A DNA stretch of 32,000 nt from Candidatus Iainarchaeum sp. Lineage in GTDB: Archaea; Iainarchaeota; Iainarchaeia; Iainarchaeales; JACQJH01. The notes beneath the pieces were generated by a model. The model did not search any database and had not been told where the DNA came from. It worked only from the letters and a program-made list of their open reading frames with translations. Location: the NCBI GenBank assembly GCA_016205145.1, contig JACQJH010000001.1, forward strand, positions 270,001-302,000, given 5' to 3'. Of this stretch, positions 29,332-32,000 are shown one piece after another. Every line of letters starts with the position of its first letter. Within the stretch, counting starts at the first letter, position 1. Made by a program: the position numbers and the translations under genes.

Positions 29332-31134
29332 TTATCCTGGCACGCACTTTGGGGTTGCAAGGCTTAATCCGCCAGGCTGCGGTTCCACTGAATAGCAGTG
29401 CCACTCCGCCGTCGTTGCATCGCATGTTCCGGGCGCGGCGCCCGGCGGCCGGATGAAACAGCTTGTGCCGTCTGAAACCGGATGGAACTTTCCGGTAAAC
29501 GGATGATATGTGTTGTCCAAAAGCCTTATCCTGAAAATGAACTCGTTTTGCTTGTCGACCTTGTACGTTGAATTGTTTTCCTTGAATGCCAGCGTAACCG
29601 AAACGCTTTTTGCCTTGGCGCAATAAGCTTTTGTTTCGTTGTAACCCGTTGGCGGGGAAGCAGACGGCTCTATGTTTGCGCATGCCGCATCAGATTCCGA
29701 CAGCGGCGTGAAAGCGCTTTTGCCTGTTGCCGGGTCCAGGAAAATTCCGAAGCCGACGTTCGCGTGCGGCCCGACCTGCTCTTCGAACGGGCATACTCCT
29801 GCAGAATTGCCGGAATATGCGTAGGTTCCCGTTGCCGGGGGCGGCAGAACATTCGGCGGCTCATTATTGAGCTGGGTGATTTTTTTTGACGGCATGGCGC
29901 TGATGTCCACGGCAATGTCATTGAGGACAGCGCAGTCGGCTCCTTCAATCTGTCCCGGCGTTGCACCGGCTGTGCTGGGCACAAGCTCAAGGCCTGCCGC
30001 GATGTCCGGTGCGCCCGGAAGCGAGGCGGCAAGCCGGGCATTCGACTGCGCGATTTTGCACACGCGCCTTTTCACCATCGTTGTTATCCTCTGCCGCAGA
30101 TCGGACTGGTTGGACTGGCTTGCAGGATAATTGAAATTGTCGTTTGGGTCTGAGGCATTGCACATTCCGCGCTGCTGCATGTCCGGCGTGCACGGCACGG
30201 TTATGTTGCCTGTGAAACAGCTGCTGCCCGGAGTGCCCGCAATCCTGTCGGTTTGCGGCGCAGTGAAAGGGTTTGTGCGCCAGTTGCAAACGCTTTCATC
30301 GCACATCCCCAATTGAATCTGCTCTATTTCATTGTGCACGCGCGGCGAAAACAATCCGAAATCCGCGCCGGTGTTGTCCTCGCCGTAATCGTGCGCAAAA
30401 CTTTTCGCGATTGCTATTGCCCTGAAAATCCTCAGTGGAACGTAAATCTTGAAATTGGTTCTCGGCAAAATCGATTCCTTGCGCACGTTGCCCCTGCCGT
30501 CCGACACCACTATTTTTGGAAGGCTTTCGAATTCCGCGTCCGTAAGCCCTGACATGTTGAGGTTCACGTAAAACGTGCCCTGCCCGCAGTCATCCGGGTT
30601 TCCGTCAGGGCAGCCGACGACGCTGAAAAAGTTTCCCGCGTTCACGCTGTTCCTCACTGCGGAGGCAAGAACCGGTTTTGTGGAATCCGCGTTGCCTTCC
30701 AGGCTTATCGCATATTCCGCGAAAAAGCTTGGAGTAGATTCAAGCAATACCTGCAGATCGTTCGCCATGAAGTCGACAAAGCGCGTGCTTGTCGCGTCGC
30801 CGAAATTCGCCCTTGCGAAATCCTGCTGTATTTCCTGCCACGACCTGTCTTCCAGGTTCAAGGTGTAATAGTTTGTAGGCGAGGAAAGCCAGTTTGAAAT
30901 CGTCTTGCGCAGAGTGTAATTGAAGGACTGCAGTGCATCCGCCTTCACAAGGTCAGTGACTGCCTTCAGCTCGGCCTGCGTCTGTATGTTGGTTATGTTC
31001 TGCTGCGCGTTCCTTTCGGTTTCAATCATGCTGTTGACGAGCAGCGCCGCCAGGAGGATGAGCATGAATGACAGCAGGGCGGTGAAAAGGTTGAATGCTC
31101 GCTGGTTCAATTGCAAAACCGGAAAGATTAACAC
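29332..31134 (-). CDS. Cys-rich secreted or surface protein (600 aa) with an archaeal class III (type IV pilin-like) signal or N-terminal anchor
   Basis: The N-terminus is ..LQLNQRA/FNLFTALLSFMLILLAALLVNSMIETE, with R at -2, A at -1 and then a 22-residue uncharged hydrophobic helix. The mature part has 16 Cys, often in close pairs (GCPDGNPDDCG, MCDESVCNW, SSCFTGNITVPCTPDMQQRGMCN, TSCFIRPPGAAPGTCDATTAEWHC). The track start is GTG 31134. TTG 31116 or 31110 would give the short prepeptide MQLNQRA or MNQRA and fits the TATA spacing better. Confidence 0.9.
   Translation of the reverse strand: MLIFPVLQLNQRAFNLFTALLSFMLILLAALLVNSMIETERNAQQNITNIQTQAELKAVTDLVKADALQSFNYTLRKTISNWLSSPTNYYTLNLEDRSWQEIQQDFARANFGDATSTRFVDFMANDLQVLLESTPSFFAEYAISLEGNADSTKPVLASAVRNSVNAGNFFSVVGCPDGNPDDCGQGTFYVNLNMSGLTDAEFESLPKIVVSDGRGNVRKESILPRTNFKIYVPLRIFRAIAIAKSFAHDYGEDNTGADFGLFSPRVHNEIEQIQLGMCDESVCNWRTNPFTAPQTDRIAGTPGSSCFTGNITVPCTPDMQQRGMCNASDPNDNFNYPASQSNQSDLRQRITTMVKRRVCKIAQSNARLAASLPGAPDIAAGLELVPSTAGATPGQIEGADCAVLNDIAVDISAMPSKKITQLNNEPPNVLPPPATGTYAYSGNSAGVCPFEEQVGPHANVGFGIFLDPATGKSAFTPLSESDAACANIEPSASPPTGYNETKAYCAKAKSVSVTLAFKENNSTYKVDKQNEFIFRIRLLDNTYHPFTGKFHPVSDGTSCFIRPPGAAPGTCDATTAEWHCYSVEPQPGGLSLATPKCVPG
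31033..31107 (-). other. Putative class III signal peptide cleavage region and hydrophobic pilin-like helix
   Basis: QRA|FNLFTALLSFMLILLAALLV fits the [KR][GAS]|hydrophobic rule used for archaeal prepilin peptidase substrates. There is no Glu at +5, which argues against a bacterial type. Confidence 0.45.
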
Positions 31135-31142
31135 AGTTGAAG

Positions 31143-31156
31143 ATTAAAAAGTTTGT
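31143..31156 (-). promoter_or_regulatory. BRE/TATA-like promoter (ACAAAC-TTTTTAAT on the minus strand) of the pilin-like gene
   Basis: The TATA-like box ends 8 nt before GTG 31134 but 26 nt before TTG 31116. It shares the core AAACTTTT with the giant-1 promoter. Confidence 0.45.
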
Positions 31157-31275
31157 CCGCGTTCGCCCGCCGGCCGTTCAGGCGCCGTCGCAGAAGGACT
31201 CTGCCTTGTTTCAACAGGCGGATGAATTCCTGTATGCGCCGGCGCGTTTTTCAATTGCAAACCCGTTTAACGAAC

Positions 31276-31295
31276 CGGCGGGCTTCAGCCCGCCG
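31276..31295 (-). terminator. Perfect 8-bp GC-rich hairpin immediately 3' of the amidase gene
   Basis: The minus strand reads CGGCGGGC-TGAA-GCCCGCCG, starting 4 nt after the TGA stop (31300-31302), followed by GTTCGTT...GGGTTTGC. Confidence 0.45.
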
Positions 31296-31299
31296 TAAT

Positions 31300-32000
31300 T
31301 CAGCATTTGAAAGTGCACTTGTAACTGTTCGCGCCGTCCCTGGTGTAAAGGTGCAGGCCGTTTCCCAAATCGCGCGGAAACCCCGTCGGCTCGGAAACCA
31401 ACCTGTTTGTTGAAGTGCAGCCGTGCCCGATGATGTTCCCTTCGGCAATGTTGTATTTTGCGGCAAGGCCCTGCACGAGCTGTTTCACTGCCTGCTGCTG
31501 TGCCGGGGGATAGGAATCAGAGCCGTTGCCCATGTTGACTATTTCTATTCCTATTGACCTTCCGTTCACGCAGTTTGCGTGCCAAGCCTTCTTGTCTTCG
31601 GGAATCACTTCGACTATTTCGCCCTGCTTTCCGACAATGTAATGCGAGCTTGCCTGGTGGGAGTCGGCCCACCAGCTTAACGCGCCGGAAATGTTCCCGC
31701 CCGCGGTGTGATGCAGGACTATAGTGTCAATCCGCGTGCCGTTCCTTGAACTCGAATTCGACTGCACTGATTTTGCCTGGCTTGCGGAAACAAAGTTTGT
31801 CATGGGAACGGTTTTGACATTGCCACTCAGTTCAGCTGAAGTTTTTTTTTTATCCGCAGGCTCCTGCATTGCGCCCTGCTGGCTCCGCCATTTTGCGACG
31901 TCGGCTTTCACGTTGCGGATGTATGCCCCGGTGTCGTTTTCGCTTGACGGCGCATAAATTGGCAGTATGTCGTCAACGGTTGTTTTGCCCTGCGGGAAAT
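31300..32000 (-). CDS. N-acetylmuramoyl-L-alanine amidase (Amidase_2 / PGRP / T7-lysozyme family); the frame is open to the right edge, so it is probably 5'-truncated
   Basis: IDTIVLHHTAGGN...SHYIVGKQGEIVEVIPEDKKAWHANCVNGRSIGIEIVNMG...YPPAQQQAVKQLVQGLAAKYNI..GNIIGHG matches the Amidase_2 layout (H.TA; YH.iI...G.i......aWHA...N..SIGIE..G....t..Q...l..L...L...y.I....i.GH). The track starts it at GTG 31911. My manual translation upstream shows no stop through nt 32000 (..FPQGKTTVDDILPIYAPSSENDTGAYIRNVKADV..). Confidence 0.85.
   Translation of the reverse strand, partial: FPQGKTTVDDILPIYAPSSENDTGAYIRNVKADVAKWRSQQGAMQEPADKKKTSAELSGNVKTVPMTNFVSASQAKSVQSNSSSRNGTRIDTIVLHHTAGGNISGALSWWADSHQASSHYIVGKQGEIVEVIPEDKKAWHANCVNGRSIGIEIVNMGNGSDSYPPAQQQAVKQLVQGLAAKYNIAEGNIIGHGCTSTNRLVSEPTGFPRDLGNGLHLYTRDGANSYKCTFKC

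Noticed and set aside
31236-31251. Palindrome GCGCCGGCGC followed by T5 on the plus strand, resembling an intrinsic terminator
   Set aside because: No plus-strand gene ends here. The palindrome leaves almost no loop, so the stem would be about 3 bp. It is probably just part of the amidase to pilin-like intergenic spacer.
31276-31295. Whether the hairpin after the amidase gene is a third copy of the 1610/10919 two-hairpin element
   Set aside because: Only a short GAAAA(A)CGCGCC string downstream is shared. The stem sequence, the linker GTTTCGGCA and the second hairpin are not conserved, so I treat it as an independent hairpin.
1-32000. CRISPR arrays, tRNA/rRNA genes, IS elements, transposases or integrases, prophage boundaries
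   Set aside because: Intergenic spacers are all 200 nt or shorter and none folds into a cloverleaf-sized unit. I saw no regularly spaced direct repeats, and no ORF shows DDE, tyrosine or serine recombinase motifs.
1-32000. Bacterial (for example CPR) origin of the whole window
   Set aside because: This is not firmly excluded, but TATA/BRE-like boxes close to start codons, the absence of -35/-10 plus SD at first genes, and a pilin-like signal lacking Glu+5 all favour archaea. The amidase is the main counter-indication and is flagged as a finding rather than resolved.

Overview
About 29.5 kb of this 32-kb window is one minus-strand gene cluster. It looks archaeal and possibly DPANN-like; that lineage call is inference. 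AT-rich BRE/TATA-like boxes sit 16-28 nt upstream of first-gene start codons, so leaders are short or absent. Internal genes are stop/start-coupled or preceded by GGAGG. Three collinear giant paralogues of 2487, 3253 and 2581 aa take up about 25 kb (78% of the window). Each has a conserved ~45-aa N-terminal box ending in PSF, then one TM anchor. This is followed by an array of carboxypeptidase-regulatory/Ig-like beta-sandwich repeats, a shared Cys-paired middle region and a hydrophobic or Gly/Tyr-rich central hinge. Each ends in a conserved C-terminal module of ~810-1170 aa with no function I can assign (motifs NPDGIYCDATQFSIAL, DGYxxDFQKDFxEF, YLPFDGKVG...NGRQGYG). Giant 2 also carries a visibly AT-richer ~2.2-kb cassette encoding PKD-like, Big_2 and two FN3 domains, which appears to split its hinge. 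Six small polytopic membrane proteins accompany the giants: one lies between giants 3 and 2, and five form a coupled operon after giant 1. Upstream are a 600-aa, 16-Cys protein with an archaeal class III (pilin-like) signal and an Amidase_2-type peptidoglycan amidase that is open to the right edge. At the left edge are a HerA/DUF87-like NTPase homologue with a degenerate Walker A (edge-truncated, absent from the ORF track) and a divergent acidic coiled-coil protein. A ~55-nt two-hairpin element occurs twice at gene 3' ends, with compensatory stem changes between the copies. I found no rRNA, tRNA, CRISPR array, transposase or integrase. Domain boundaries are approximate (about +/-30 nt). All family assignments come from motif recognition by eye, not from searches.
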